A stretch of DNA of 64,000 nt, taken from the NCBI GenBank assembly GCA_038231435.1, contig JBBRLJ010000012.1, positions 32,001 to 96,000 of the forward strand, given 5' to 3'. Origin of the DNA: Planctomycetota bacterium. Its GTDB lineage: Bacteria; Planctomycetota; UBA11346. The notes under the pieces were generated by a model that made no database searches, was not told the origin of the DNA, and was given only the letters and a program-made list of their open reading frames with translations. Positions 51,029 to 61,350 of the stretch are shown here, piece by piece. The position numbers and the translations under genes were made by a program. Within the stretch, counting starts at the first letter, position 1. Every line of letters begins with the position of its first letter.

Positions 51029-52300
51029 TCAGGCGTGGCGCAGGGCTTCGACTGGCTGCATGCGGGCGGCCTTGACCGCCGGGGATAGCCCCGCGACCAC
51101 GCCCACCACCATCGAGATGCCGACTGAGAGCATCACCGACCACGGCGTGATCAGGATCGGCCAGCCAGCGAGTTCGTTCACCAGCGCTGCTCCGACCAGG
51201 CCGACGAGGATGCCGACCAGCCCGCCGACCATCGCCATGACCACGGTTTCGACCAGGAACTGGTTGCGGATGTCGCTGCGGCGCGCGCCCACGGCGCGAC
51301 GGATGCCGATCTCGCGCGTGCGTTCGAGCACGTTTGCGAGCATGATGTTCATGATGCCGATGCCACCCACCAGCAGTGAGATGCTGGCAATCGAAAACAT
51401 CACGATCGCGAAGATGGTCTGGGTGCGGCGCTGCTGTTCGAGCAGTTCGAGCGGTACCACCACTTCGATATCGCCGCGTTCATGGGTTCGCCCGAGCACC
51501 TTGCGCACCAGTGCGCCCGCGGTGAGCACGTCCGCCGTTCCGGCGAATCGCATCACCAGCTGGGCGATCTCGAGCCGCGACACCTGATAGGACCCGGCTT
51601 CGTACTCGACGCTGAGCAGCCCAAAGTAGGTCTTCGCGCTGGTCTCGGGGATGAAGATGGTGCGATTGAGATCCTCGGCTCCCAGCCCGCCGATGCCGGC
51701 GGTACGCTTGTTCTCGAGCACCCCGACCACGCGCAGCCACTGCCCGGAGATCTGCACATCCTTGCCGAGCGGATCCTGGAGCCGGAAGAGGTCGCGCGCG
51801 ACCTCGGCGCCCAGCACCGCCACCGGCAGCAGCCGCTCCATGTCGAGCTGGCAGATGAATCTCCCCGAGGCGATGGATAGGTGCGCGGCCGCCGCGTAGA
51901 GCGGTTCGGTGGCGATGATGCGCGTCTCGATCTCGCGCGATCCGTTGAATACCTTCTGTCGCACCTGTCGGGTGGCCACGTTCTCGATCATGTCCGGCAC
52001 CACTCGCGCAAGGTGCTGGCGGTCCTTGAAGGTCAGGCCGTAGGCGAGCACGTTGGAGGTGTCGTTCTTATCATCCTTGGTCTTGGGCTTCACAGTGGGG
52101 CGCACGCTCTTCACCAGCACCCGGTCCATGCCCATCTGCTGGATCGCGCCGAGCGCCTCGGAGCGCGCTCCCTCGCTGATCGCTAGCATGGCGATGACCG
52201 CGCCGACGCCGAAGACCATGCCGAGCATGGTCAGCAGCGAGCGCAGCTTGTGGTGGGCGAGGCCGACGAGCGAGGTCGCGAGCAGCGGAGGCAGGATCAC
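51029..52300 (-). CDS. MacB/FtsX-like ABC transporter permease
   Basis: LRSLLTMLGMVFGVGAVI, ISLLVGGIGIMNIMLANVLERTREIGIRRAVGA, PAVKAARMQPVEALR. GTGA overlap. Confidence 0.94.
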   Translation of the reverse strand: MILPPLLATSLVGLAHHKLRSLLTMLGMVFGVGAVIAMLAISEGARSEALGAIQQMGMDRVLVKSVRPTVKPKTKDDKNDTSNVLAYGLTFKDRQHLARVVPDMIENVATRQVRQKVFNGSREIETRIIATEPLYAAAAHLSIASGRFICQLDMERLLPVAVLGAEVARDLFRLQDPLGKDVQISGQWLRVVGVLENKRTAGIGGLGAEDLNRTIFIPETSAKTYFGLLSVEYEAGSYQVSRLEIAQLVMRFAGTADVLTAGALVRKVLGRTHERGDIEVVVPLELLEQQRRTQTIFAIVMFSIASISLLVGGIGIMNIMLANVLERTREIGIRRAVGARRSDIRNQFLVETVVMAMVGGLVGILVGLVGAALVNELAGWPILITPWSVMLSVGISMVVGVVAGLSPAVKAARMQPVEALRHA

Positions 52301-53061
52301 GATCCGGCCTCGGCCTGATCCCTGGCCTGCGATGCGACCAGCGATCCGTCGAGCATCCGCACCACCCGCTGCGCCTTGGCGGCGACACCGTGATCGTGGG
52401 TGACCATGATCACGGTGAGACCCAGCGCATTGAGCTCCTGGAAAAGTCCAATGATCTCGGCGCCGGTTCGGCTGTCGAGATTGCCGGTGGGCTCGTCGGC
52501 GACCAGCAGCGACGGCTCGCACACCAGCGCTCGCGCGATGGCGCCGCGCTGCATCTCGCCGCCCGACATCTGCGCCGGGTGATGGGTGACCCGGTCCTTC
52601 AGTCCGACTCGTTCGAGCGCGGCGAGCGCCCGGCGGCGGCGTTCGGCCGCGCCCACGCCGAGATAGAGCATCGGCAGCTCGACGTTCTCGGTCACGGTCA
52701 TCTGCGGGATCAGGTTGAAGAACTGGAAGACGAATCCGACCTGGCGGCCGCGCAGCCGGGCGAGCCGATCGTCGTCGAGACCCGAGACCTCCTCGCCGGC
52801 GAGCTTGTAGCTGCCGCCGTCTGGGCGGTCGAGGCAGCCGATGATGTGCATCAGCGTGGTCTTGCCGGAACCCGAGGGGCCCATCAGCGCCACGAATTCA
52901 CCGCGTGCGATGCCGAGATCGATGCCCTTGAGCACCGGCAGTTCACGCGCGCCGAGGCGATAGGTGCGGCGGATGTCCACGAGCTCTACGATAGGCGCGC
53001 CGGTGGCCGTCGCGGCTGCCATCGCAGGGGTCATTCCAGTGGAGCCCAGGTGTCCGGTCAT
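52297..53061 (-). CDS. ABC transporter ATP-binding protein (LolD/MacB-type)
   Basis: GPSGSGKT, GFVFQFFNL, MSGGE, ADEPTGNLD, VTHD. Confidence 0.95.
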   Translation of the reverse strand: MTGHLGSTGMTPAMAAATATGAPIVELVDIRRTYRLGARELPVLKGIDLGIARGEFVALMGPSGSGKTTLMHIIGCLDRPDGGSYKLAGEEVSGLDDDRLARLRGRQVGFVFQFFNLIPQMTVTENVELPMLYLGVGAAERRRRALAALERVGLKDRVTHHPAQMSGGEMQRGAIARALVCEPSLLVADEPTGNLDSRTGAEIIGLFQELNALGLTVIMVTHDHGVAAKAQRVVRMLDGSLVASQARDQAEAGS

Positions 53062-54578
53062 TTCGCCGGCGTTGCGCCCGCACCCGGCGTGGCGGCGGAG
53101 GATTCTCCGGAAGCCTTGTCGTCCTTGGCGCCGGGATCGATCGAGAGCATCACCACCGTCTCGCCGGCCTGCAAACCAGCCGTGATCACCACGTGGTCAT
53201 CGTTGCTCCGCCCGAGAGTGATGGGGCGCTTCGCGACCGAGCCCCGGGTCTCCACGTAGCAGAAGTGTTCGTCACCTTTGCTCGAGACCATGTCGACCGG
53301 GATATGCAGGACCTTTTCCAGGTGGCCGACCAGGACCTCGACCTTGGTCGACATGCCGGGACGGAACGCGGTGCCTACGGTGTCCCCCAGGCTGCAGGTG
53401 GTCATGTACTGCTTGCCTTCGCCCTGCCTCCGCCAATCCGTCGACGCGGTCGGGGCGATCTTGAGCAGCGCTCCGACGAACACCTTGCCGTCGATGCCTT
53501 CGACGCGCGTGGTCACGCGCTGGCCCTCGGCGATCCTCGAGATGTCGACCTCGTTCACCCCGAATTCCGCAACCATGTCGGTGAGGTCGGGTAGGGTCAT
53601 CATCGGCTGGTTCTGGTAGATGTCCGCGCCGACCTGCAAGCGGTTGCCGTAGTTGTAGTTTTCGTTGCCCGAGCCGTAGACCACCAGCCCGTCGTTGGTG
53701 GCGAGCACGATCAGCGACTGCTTCTTGTCGGTGAGATCCGCGAGACGGGTCTCCATCTGCGTGAGGATGCTCTGCTGCTTCTGGATCTCGGCCTCCTTCT
53801 GCGCGTGCAGGGTCTCCATCTGCTGGGCGATGCGCTGCTTCGCGAGCGATGCATTGTCCACTTCGGCGTCGTGCTTGGATTTCTCGGTGGGATACTCGTA
53901 CTGCTGGAAGATCTCGAGTTCGCGCGTCTTGTGGGTCACGGCCAGGGCCTTCTCGCGCGCCTCGAGCTCGGCGACACGCATTTCGGTGCCGGTGACGAAG
54001 CCCTTCTCGAGCAGCATGGGCATGCGCTGGGATTTCTCCTTTGAATCGGTGAGCTCGGACGACGCCTTCTCGAGCGCCAGGCGCAGGTCCTGCTCCTGCA
54101 AGGGGGCCTTGCCCTTCTCGTACTGCTCGAGCGCCATGCCCGCGGTGATCAGGGCGCGCTCGGCGTCTGCGGTTTGCTTCTGCGCGTCGAGCTCCTGCAG
54201 CTTGAGCTCGCGCCTGGCGTTCTCGAGCGCGCGTTCGGCGTTCTCCTTCTCCTGCTGGGTCTGGGTGAACTGGTTGTCCAGATCCTTGTTCTCCAGCTCG
54301 ATGAGCTTGTCGCCCTTCTTGACCGTCGTGCCTTCGGCGATCAGCCACACCGCCTTGCCGTTCACCTTGCACTCGATGAAGATCGGCTTCTGCGATTTGA
54401 GTGAGCCGTGCTCGGTGATGACCACGTCGAGGTCCGACACCGTCGCCTGGTAGCGGGCGAGCACGGTGCCGCTGCCGATCGCGTTCTTGCCGCAGCCCGC
54501 CATCGCCACCGCCATCGAGGCGGATGCGGCCACGGCGACCGCGAACGCCATCATGGACGGGATCCGGCCGAGGATCAC
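53058..54578 (-). CDS. Periplasmic adaptor (membrane fusion protein) with long coiled coil
   Basis: Lipobox-like MAGC, EGTTVKKGDKL, long helical hairpin, VNEVDI, FRPGMS, GLQAGETV. Confidence 0.9.
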   Translation of the reverse strand: MILGRIPSMMAFAVAVAASASMAVAMAGCGKNAIGSGTVLARYQATVSDLDVVITEHGSLKSQKPIFIECKVNGKAVWLIAEGTTVKKGDKLIELENKDLDNQFTQTQQEKENAERALENARRELKLQELDAQKQTADAERALITAGMALEQYEKGKAPLQEQDLRLALEKASSELTDSKEKSQRMPMLLEKGFVTGTEMRVAELEAREKALAVTHKTRELEIFQQYEYPTEKSKHDAEVDNASLAKQRIAQQMETLHAQKEAEIQKQQSILTQMETRLADLTDKKQSLIVLATNDGLVVYGSGNENYNYGNRLQVGADIYQNQPMMTLPDLTDMVAEFGVNEVDISRIAEGQRVTTRVEGIDGKVFVGALLKIAPTASTDWRRQGEGKQYMTTCSLGDTVGTAFRPGMSTKVEVLVGHLEKVLHIPVDMVSSKGDEHFCYVETRGSVAKRPITLGRSNDDHVVITAGLQAGETVVMLSIDPGAKDDKASGESSAATPGAGATPAK

Positions 54579-56110
54579 GGCAGCACTCCCACCGTGGTCG
54601 CGTATTCCGGCGCGGCGTCGGACCACGCGCCCGCGTCGCTCACCATCAATGTCCCGGTGTCGTGGCGCAGCTGCAGTTCGGCGCTGCGGTAACTGACGAT
54701 CGCGCCGAACCACGCGTTCTCGCCCTGTCGCACCTCGTTCTGCGCCTCGACGATGTCGAGGTTGGAGATCAGGCCGGCCTTGAAGTCGAGGAAGGCCTTT
54801 TCGGCGCGATTGCGCGTCTGGGTGCGGTTGCGCTCCTGGATGAGCAGCGAAGCCTCGGCCGAGCGCAAGTTGCGGATGGCTTCGAGCACTTGGCGGATGA
54901 TCGATTGCTTCTGGGCCTCGAGTGCGCGGCTGGCCTGGATCCTGGCGATCATCGCCTGCTCGTACGACAGCTCTTCGCCACGGCGGTTGAACGGGATCTG
55001 CAGGGTCATGCCGACGGTGTAGCTGGGATCGCCCGCTACCGGACTGTGCCAGTCGGAAGCCGGCGCGCCTCCGTAGCCGACGCTGGCGTTGAGATCGAGC
55101 TGGGGTAGCAAGGCCCGGCGCGACAAGGTGAGCGCGCGCTGCGCGTCCGCGACCCGGTCATCGGTGGTCATCAGGTCGAGTCGGTGCGTCATTGCCGTGG
55201 CGATGGCGCGCTTCGCGTCCACCTCGAGCTTCGGGCCCGAGGGCGGAGCGGTGTCGATGGCCAGGCGTTCGTCGACCGGGAGGTTGAGATCGAACTTGAA
55301 GGCGTCGAGCGCCGCGTTGAACGCCGCCTCGGCGTCCACCAGCGATTGGCGAGCGGCGAGCAGCGCCACCTCGGCGCGGAAGACGTCATTGGCGTTGGAT
55401 TTGCCGATCGACATCAGGGCGCGCGATTGCTCGTAGAGGAATTCGGAGCGGCCGACACCCATGCGCGCCTGCTCGAGCGCGTGCTGCTGGCCCTGCAGGG
55501 ACCAGAACGTGCGACTGATGCCGAGCGTCAGCTCCTCGCGGTACTGTTCGTAGCCACGCATGCTGTAGATGTAGCTGCGCTCGGCCGAGGTCAGGCCCTC
55601 GCGCCAGACCAGCGAGCCGGCATTGCGCAGCAGCGGTTGCAGGAGCGAGGCGCTCGAGGACGTGGTCTTGGTTTCGGCCGCGCCTGGCGCGTGCGAGACC
55701 TGGGCGGTGGTGCTGACGCTGGCGGTGCCGCCGGTCGGCAGGGTCTGGCTCGCGCCGAGGGTGGCGGTCTCGGCATCGCTCGGCGCGGAGTTGCCGCGTC
55801 CGGACATGCTGGCGCCGAGCGTACCGGTCGGCTGCGGACCATAACTCGCGCGGGCGTTGCGCAGGGTCATGGCGAGGAGCTTCAGCTCCTCGTCGCGCGA
55901 CTGCTTCTCGCGTCCCTGGGTGTGGGCGTAGCGCAGCGCGTCGGCGAGCGTCAGGATCTGCGCGCCCGATGGATTGTCGATCGCCGCGGCGGCGTCCTCG
56001 GCCTCTGGCGGCCCCATGACTGGCGGTAGCTCGGCCGCGCTGCCGCTTGCGCAGGCGAAGGCGCACGCGAGCGAGATGACGGCGAGGAGGTGCAAGCGGT
56101 AGCGGTGCAT
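54575..56110 (-). CDS. TolC family outer membrane protein
   Basis: Signal peptide, LTLADAL, QPLLRNAG, LPQLDL, LQIPF, AGLISNLDIVEAQ. Confidence 0.9.
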   Translation of the reverse strand: MHRYRLHLLAVISLACAFACASGSAAELPPVMGPPEAEDAAAAIDNPSGAQILTLADALRYAHTQGREKQSRDEELKLLAMTLRNARASYGPQPTGTLGASMSGRGNSAPSDAETATLGASQTLPTGGTASVSTTAQVSHAPGAAETKTTSSSASLLQPLLRNAGSLVWREGLTSAERSYIYSMRGYEQYREELTLGISRTFWSLQGQQHALEQARMGVGRSEFLYEQSRALMSIGKSNANDVFRAEVALLAARQSLVDAEAAFNAALDAFKFDLNLPVDERLAIDTAPPSGPKLEVDAKRAIATAMTHRLDLMTTDDRVADAQRALTLSRRALLPQLDLNASVGYGGAPASDWHSPVAGDPSYTVGMTLQIPFNRRGEELSYEQAMIARIQASRALEAQKQSIIRQVLEAIRNLRSAEASLLIQERNRTQTRNRAEKAFLDFKAGLISNLDIVEAQNEVRQGENAWFGAIVSYRSAELQLRHDTGTLMVSDAGAWSDAAPEYATTVGVLP

Positions 56111-56290
56111 GGGCGAGCGCAGGGAATACGCGCGACGCGGAACATCGTTGTGGGGATGGTCGGCGGTTAGCGCTGGTCGCTCGACTCGCCGGCGGTGTGG
56201 CAATCACCCGGGGACAGCCCGTCGTCGACGGCAGGACAGCAGGCTTTCATCCAGGTCGGCTATCGACGACGGACGACAGACGCGCTGTCC

Positions 56291-57580
56291 TCAGTGCCTG
56301 CCGATCAGTTCCGCGGCTGACTTCGCGGCCTTGCGCACTTCGAGATCGTCACGTTCGTTCTTCGCCACGCCCTGCAGGCTGGTCAGTGCCGGTGTCGCCA
56401 CCTCGGCCATGAGCATGAACGCGGTGCAGGCGCCGATGCGCGCGCGCTTGTCGTCGGTCTTGGTCTCGAGCACCTGTTCGAGCACCGGGATCGAGCGCGC
56501 CGGCTCCGCGGCCACCGACAGCGCCTTCATCGCTTCAGCCCGGGTCTCGGGATCGGCGGCCGGATCGGCGGTCAGCGTGATCAGGCGGTCGACCACCTCG
56601 GGGAGTTTGCGCCTATGGAAGAACACGGCCGCGCACGCGCCCTTGGTGGCGTCGGCGTTGCCGCCGTCGAGAGCCTCGCGGACCGCCTTGGCGACGCCAT
56701 CGTCCCAGGCGCCGAGCGCAGCGAGGGTCGCGAGCGCCTGGCCCTGGACCTTGGGCGATTCCGCGGTGGTCTGCTTGCGCGCGGCCGTCACCGCCGCGTC
56801 CTTGCCCGCGCCGACGGCGCGAGCGAGCGCCGCCAGCGCCCCGACCGCGACCTCGTCCTCCGAATCCTCGCTGGCGAAGGCTGCCGGATCGACCAGTTCG
56901 ACGGGGAGATTGTCGAAGCAGCGGCACATCAGGTGCAAGGCCTCGACGCGCACCTTGGCGTCAGGGCTGTGCGAGAGCTTGGCCAGCATGGCCAAGTCGC
57001 CGGACGCCTCGCGTCGGTAGTCGGCGTCGCTCTCGCAACGCTTGCGCGAGACCTGCACGGCGTTCTCGCGGGTCTGCAGCTCCTCGCTGTCGAGGGCTGT
57101 GAGCAGCTGCTTCGCGGTCAGCTGACCGGCCTGCGCGAGGCCTTTCTGGCTGGCGCTGCTCTCGCGGAACTTGCGGATCTCTTCGAGCGTCGCGCGCGCG
57201 AGCTTGCGCACCTTCTCATCCGGATCGGCCATCATCTTCTCGATGCGCTGCACCTGCTCTCCGCTCAGGTGCACCGGCGGCTTGATGGCGTTCAGCACAT
57301 TCTGCTTGAGGCCCGCGTCGGCATTGTCGAGCAGGGGCATGAGATCCGGCAGGGCGGCTTCGACGGCGGCCGGACCGATGTCCACGATGCGTTGCAGCGG
57401 CGAGGCCTTGAGCAGGGGATCCCGCGAGGCGCGCAGATCGGCGAGCTGCTTGTCCAGGCTGCGCTGCTGCGCGGCGCTCAGCGCCGGGGCGGGGGCGGCA
57501 TCGACGGCCCATGCAGCCGGGCCCGTGGCGGCCACCGAGACCACCGAAGCCGCGAGCAGGAGAGCTACGAGTGGGCGCAT
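56291..57580 (-). CDS. Exported HEAT-repeat protein
   Basis: Signal peptide MRPLVALLLAASVV; repeats DPDEKVRKLA, SPDAKVRVEA, DPETRAEA, DLEVRKAA. GGAGG RBS. Confidence 0.85.
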   Translation of the reverse strand: MRPLVALLLAASVVSVAATGPAAWAVDAAPAPALSAAQQRSLDKQLADLRASRDPLLKASPLQRIVDIGPAAVEAALPDLMPLLDNADAGLKQNVLNAIKPPVHLSGEQVQRIEKMMADPDEKVRKLARATLEEIRKFRESSASQKGLAQAGQLTAKQLLTALDSEELQTRENAVQVSRKRCESDADYRREASGDLAMLAKLSHSPDAKVRVEALHLMCRCFDNLPVELVDPAAFASEDSEDEVAVGALAALARAVGAGKDAAVTAARKQTTAESPKVQGQALATLAALGAWDDGVAKAVREALDGGNADATKGACAAVFFHRRKLPEVVDRLITLTADPAADPETRAEAMKALSVAAEPARSIPVLEQVLETKTDDKRARIGACTAFMLMAEVATPALTSLQGVAKNERDDLEVRKAAKSAAELIGRH

Positions 57581-57677
57581 GGATCCTCCACCATATGGTA
57601 GACCCAGGGGACGCCGGCCACAGCCGCAAGACCCTCCGAAATGGACCTCCGGGTGCGCCGCTGTATCATCTGCAAGG

Positions 57678-59330
57678 ATGTCCTCCCCGCTCGGAACCCT
57701 CCCTGCATGGTGTCGCCAGCTCGTGCTCTGCGGCTGCCTGGGCTTGTCGGGCGCCGTGGCTGCGCCGCTCGCCAGGTGCGCTGATTCCGATACCGGCGCG
57801 GCAGCGTTCGGACTACCGGCGCTCTCTTCTGAGACTTCTGAGCTCCCTACAGAGAAGACTGCTGAGAATACGTCGTCGCTCTCGGCTCTGGAGGCCCAGT
57901 TGGCTTCAGATCTCGCCCATCCTCGCGATCTGTCGCGTGCCGCGCATCGCGCCTTGCTGCTCAAAGCCGCCAATGCCGGCTCGGCCATCGCCGCGGTACG
58001 GCTGTGCTCGCTCGGGTGGTTCGATGCGATGCGCCGCGTCGAGGTCGAACGTCCCGCCCTCGCCGCGTGGAACGGTGCCGAGGCGGCCGTCGCCGGCTGG
58101 CGCCTCGGTCGACTCCATGATGAACTGTGGATCAACCGGCTCGAGGCCCTGCCCGGGCTCGGCGCCGAGATGCGCGCTGACGAGCAAGTGGCGGCGGCCG
58201 AGGATCTGCTCGCCGACGCCGAGCCCGATCCGGCGGCGCTGCTCGACGCCGCCTACGTGCTCGCGGCCAATGGCGACGATGGCGAGGTTCGCGCGCGTGC
58301 TCTCGCGGCGCGCGCGGGCGTCAGGCTGCGAGCCGACGGTTTCGCTGGCGACGACCTGCTGCTGATCGAGGGGCGCGGCGAGCTGCTCATCGATTGCCAG
58401 GACTACCTGGAACAAGCCGATTGGGCTGGCACCGAGGCGCTGTTCGCGGCCGAGGCCGGCGCGCGGGCGGCACGCGGGGATCGCGTCGGTGAGGCCATCG
58501 CGTTGCGCTTGAGCGCGCAGGCCGCGTCGGGAGCCGGCGATGCCGAGCGCGCGCGCGCATCGATGGAACGCGCGGCGGCGCTGTTTGCAGACGCGGCCGA
58601 CTACGCCCGGCGCGGCCGCTGCCTGCACCTACTGGGCGAATGGTGTCAACCGTCAGCCGATACGCGCGGCGATCGCGCCCGCGCCATCCGTCTGTTCCGC
58701 GCGGCGGCCGCCAGCTGCCAGCGCGCCCAGGACTGGGAGGGTGCCGGAGCGAGCCTGTCGGCATTGGGCTGGTGCCTCTATCCGGACATGCCCGAGCAGG
58801 GCGCGGGACGGATCGAGGGCCCACCCGAGCTGCCCGACGATGTCGACTGGGGGCTTGCCGCCGCGACCTTCGCGGCGGCCGCCGGAGCGCATGGGCTGGA
58901 CGGGGATATCGAGGCCCAGGCGCGCGATTACCACTGCCAGGGCCTGTGCCTGGATCCCACCTTCAACACCATGGGCTCGCCGCTGTTCTCGATCCCGGTG
59001 TTCATGGCCGCCGAATCCGACTTCGCGCGCACCGCCGACGTCTCGACCAGGGCTTGGAACCTGTGCGTGCTCGGTGAGACGCGACGCGATGCCGGTGATC
59101 GAGATGGCGCGCGCGAATCGCTGCGCTCCGCCGCCGAGCTGGCCCTGCAGGAGAACGAGGAGGATCTGCTCGCGCGCATCGGCGACGACCTATCCGCGCT
59201 CCCGGGTGCCGCGCCGGCGGAGACCGCGCAGCTGCATGCGCGCGATCCGCGGGATCCGCTCGCGGATCCGGCCGATCCCTCCGTCCCCGCGGGTGTACCC
59301 GCCGATGGTCAGCTGAAGTCGCGCCGGTAG
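57678..59330 (+). CDS. Exported TPR-like alpha-solenoid protein, unknown function
   Basis: Signal-peptide-like N-terminus; TPR-like units with LG.C..P and A...F.AA. Start uncertain. Confidence 0.7.
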   Translation: MSSPLGTLPAWCRQLVLCGCLGLSGAVAAPLARCADSDTGAAAFGLPALSSETSELPTEKTAENTSSLSALEAQLASDLAHPRDLSRAAHRALLLKAANAGSAIAAVRLCSLGWFDAMRRVEVERPALAAWNGAEAAVAGWRLGRLHDELWINRLEALPGLGAEMRADEQVAAAEDLLADAEPDPAALLDAAYVLAANGDDGEVRARALAARAGVRLRADGFAGDDLLLIEGRGELLIDCQDYLEQADWAGTEALFAAEAGARAARGDRVGEAIALRLSAQAASGAGDAERARASMERAAALFADAADYARRGRCLHLLGEWCQPSADTRGDRARAIRLFRAAAASCQRAQDWEGAGASLSALGWCLYPDMPEQGAGRIEGPPELPDDVDWGLAAATFAAAAGAHGLDGDIEAQARDYHCQGLCLDPTFNTMGSPLFSIPVFMAAESDFARTADVSTRAWNLCVLGETRRDAGDRDGARESLRSAAELALQENEEDLLARIGDDLSALPGAAPAETAQLHARDPRDPLADPADPSVPAGVPADGQLKSRR

Positions 59331-60124
59331 CGCGCCGGGCTCAGGCCGGTGACGAGCTTGAACTGGCGATTGAAGAAATATTCGTCGCAATAGCCGAGGC
59401 GCTCGGCGATCGTCGCCAAGGGCGCTCCATCCTCGGTGAGCATCTGCCGCGCGCGCTCGATGCGCTTGAGCTGTCGGTAGCGCGCGGGCGGCATGCCCAT
59501 CTCGCGAGCGAAGAATTTACGGAAGCGCTCGTAGCCCATGCCGAGCCCTTTCGCGACGCGTTCGAGATCGAGTGGGCGATCGAGCGCGTCGGCCAGCCGC
59601 GCGCAGGCCTGCGCGACCAATCCCGCCTCGGGACGCTGCGCGCGGTCGAGACGCATGACCTCGGCGCACAGCAAGTGGGCGCGCGCGACCAAGCTCGGTG
59701 AATCGCGCACGTCCCCGGATCCAAAGCCCGCGTGGATCGAATCGAAGCCGTCCATCAGGCGCTGATCCAGGCCGGGATGGACGACGGGGCGGTCGCGGTC
59801 GAGCACGCCTTCGTGCTCCAGCTGCTGGAACACCCCACCGCGGAACACCAGCCACACCTCGACCCACAACGGCTGGTCGCCGCTGTAGTAGCTGTGCGGT
59901 TTGCCTGGGAACAGCACCAGCACGTCGCCGGCGCCGATGCGCCGTTCGGGGGTGGTGTCGTCGCGGTAGTAGCCGCCGCCGTCGAGCAGGTAGACGAGCG
60001 CGTGGGCGCCCAGGTCGCGATCCCAGGTGCCGGTGCCCTTGGCCTTGTCGAGATAGCCGCAGCCCACGATCTCCGAACGCCGCGAGGGTGTCTGGAGCCT
60101 CAGCTCGAGGGGTGTGGGGGCCAT
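59309..60124 (-). CDS. AraC-family transcriptional regulator
   Basis: Cupin (LFPGKPHSY), VAKGLGMGYERFRKFF, IAERLGYCDEYFFNRQFKLVTGLSP. Confidence 0.94.
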   Translation of the reverse strand: MAPTPLELRLQTPSRRSEIVGCGYLDKAKGTGTWDRDLGAHALVYLLDGGGYYRDDTTPERRIGAGDVLVLFPGKPHSYYSGDQPLWVEVWLVFRGGVFQQLEHEGVLDRDRPVVHPGLDQRLMDGFDSIHAGFGSGDVRDSPSLVARAHLLCAEVMRLDRAQRPEAGLVAQACARLADALDRPLDLERVAKGLGMGYERFRKFFAREMGMPPARYRQLKRIERARQMLTEDGAPLATIAERLGYCDEYFFNRQFKLVTGLSPARYRRDFS

Positions 60125-60139
60125 GGAGGGATCATACCA

Positions 60140-60225
60140 CCATACCATAAAACACAAAAGGCCATGCCAATTCATCCATTGGTTATGCCAAATCACTGAT
60201 CCAATACCGGTATAAATCAGTGATC
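60140..60225. promoter_or_regulatory. Divergent promoter with candidate AraC half-sites and a palindrome
   Basis: ATGCCAA at 60164 and 60185 (21-bp period); ATCACTGAT...ATCAGTGAT (60192-60224) around ATACCGGTAT. Confidence 0.5.
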
Positions 60226-60272
60226 TCGCTAACATCGCGCATTGCCGGACCCTTCCACCGAGGAAACCATCC

Positions 60273-61190
60273 ATGATCAGTTCCGCCACCACCGTGCGCT
60301 TCGCCGAGCGCGACCTGGAGCTTGGCGGCAAGTACCTGGGCGAGCTGCGCGAATCCAACGACGTGCTCGACGATCCCGAGGCGCTGCGCCAGCGCATGGC
60401 CGCCGACGGGTACCTGCTGGTGCGCGGCCTGCACGATCCAGCCGCGGTGGCGGCCGCCCGCCGCGAACTCTTCACCGAGTTCGCCAAGACCGGCGCCTTC
60501 GATCCCTCGTTCCCGGTCCTGGATGGGATCATCAATCCGAAGCCCGAGGCGCAGGCGCCGGGATTCGTGGGCGGCGCCGATCTCACCCGCGGCAAGGCCT
60601 TCCTCGATCTGGTCGAGGGCCGTCCAGTGATGGATTTCTTCTCCCGCTTCCTCGGCGAGCCCGCACTGACCTTCGACTTCAAGTGGATGCGCTTCATCGG
60701 CAACGGCCAGTACACCGGAGCCCATTTCGACAATGTCTACATGGGCCGCGGCAGCGCGCGCCTGTACACGGTATGGACACCGATCGGCGACGTCACCATG
60801 GACATGGGCCCGCTCGCCATCCATGTCGGCTCGAGTACCTCGGCGTCGTTTGCCCGCGTCCGCGAGACCTACGGTCAGATGGACGTCGATCGCGATCGCG
60901 TCGACGGCTGGTTCTCGAACGACCCGGTCGAGATCGTCGACCGCTTCGGCGGCCGCTGGGCCACGGGCGAGTTTCGCGCTGGCGACGCGCTGATCTTCGG
61001 CATGTACACCATGCACGCGTCGCTCACCAACGTCTCCAATCGCTTCCGGCTCACCTCGGACACCCGTTACCAGCCCGCCGCAGAGCCCACCGACGAGCGC
61101 TGGGTCGGCGAGAAGCCGAAAGCGCACTACGGCTGGCATGCCGGCCCCCAGGTGCCGATGGCGCAGAAACGTCAGGAGTGGGGGATCTAG
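60273..61190 (+). CDS. PhyH family Fe(II)/2OG dioxygenase (paralog 1)
   Basis: DGYLLVRG, GAHFDNVYMGRG, VWTPIGD, MHASLTN...RLTSDTRYQ. Confidence 0.92.
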   Translation: MISSATTVRFAERDLELGGKYLGELRESNDVLDDPEALRQRMAADGYLLVRGLHDPAAVAAARRELFTEFAKTGAFDPSFPVLDGIINPKPEAQAPGFVGGADLTRGKAFLDLVEGRPVMDFFSRFLGEPALTFDFKWMRFIGNGQYTGAHFDNVYMGRGSARLYTVWTPIGDVTMDMGPLAIHVGSSTSASFARVRETYGQMDVDRDRVDGWFSNDPVEIVDRFGGRWATGEFRAGDALIFGMYTMHASLTNVSNRFRLTSDTRYQPAAEPTDERWVGEKPKAHYGWHAGPQVPMAQKRQEWGI

Positions 61191-61233
61191 TGATGAGGGT
61201 AAGGGGAGGAACTCTGAAATTAACCCCGCCCTG

Positions 61234-61340
61234 CCCGCTCCTTCCGGGGGGGCAGCGCGGAGCGCGATGTTGGGGGGATCGCGAAGCGATCTCAGATGCC
61301 CTTTGGGGCATCTGCCGTCCGCAGGAAGTAGCCCCCCAAC
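61234..61340 (+). repeat. Hairpin repeat family C, left flank (with inserted hairpins)
   Basis: Inverted counterpart of 62250-62308. Confidence 0.85.
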
Positions 61341-61350
61341 CGAAAGCCCC

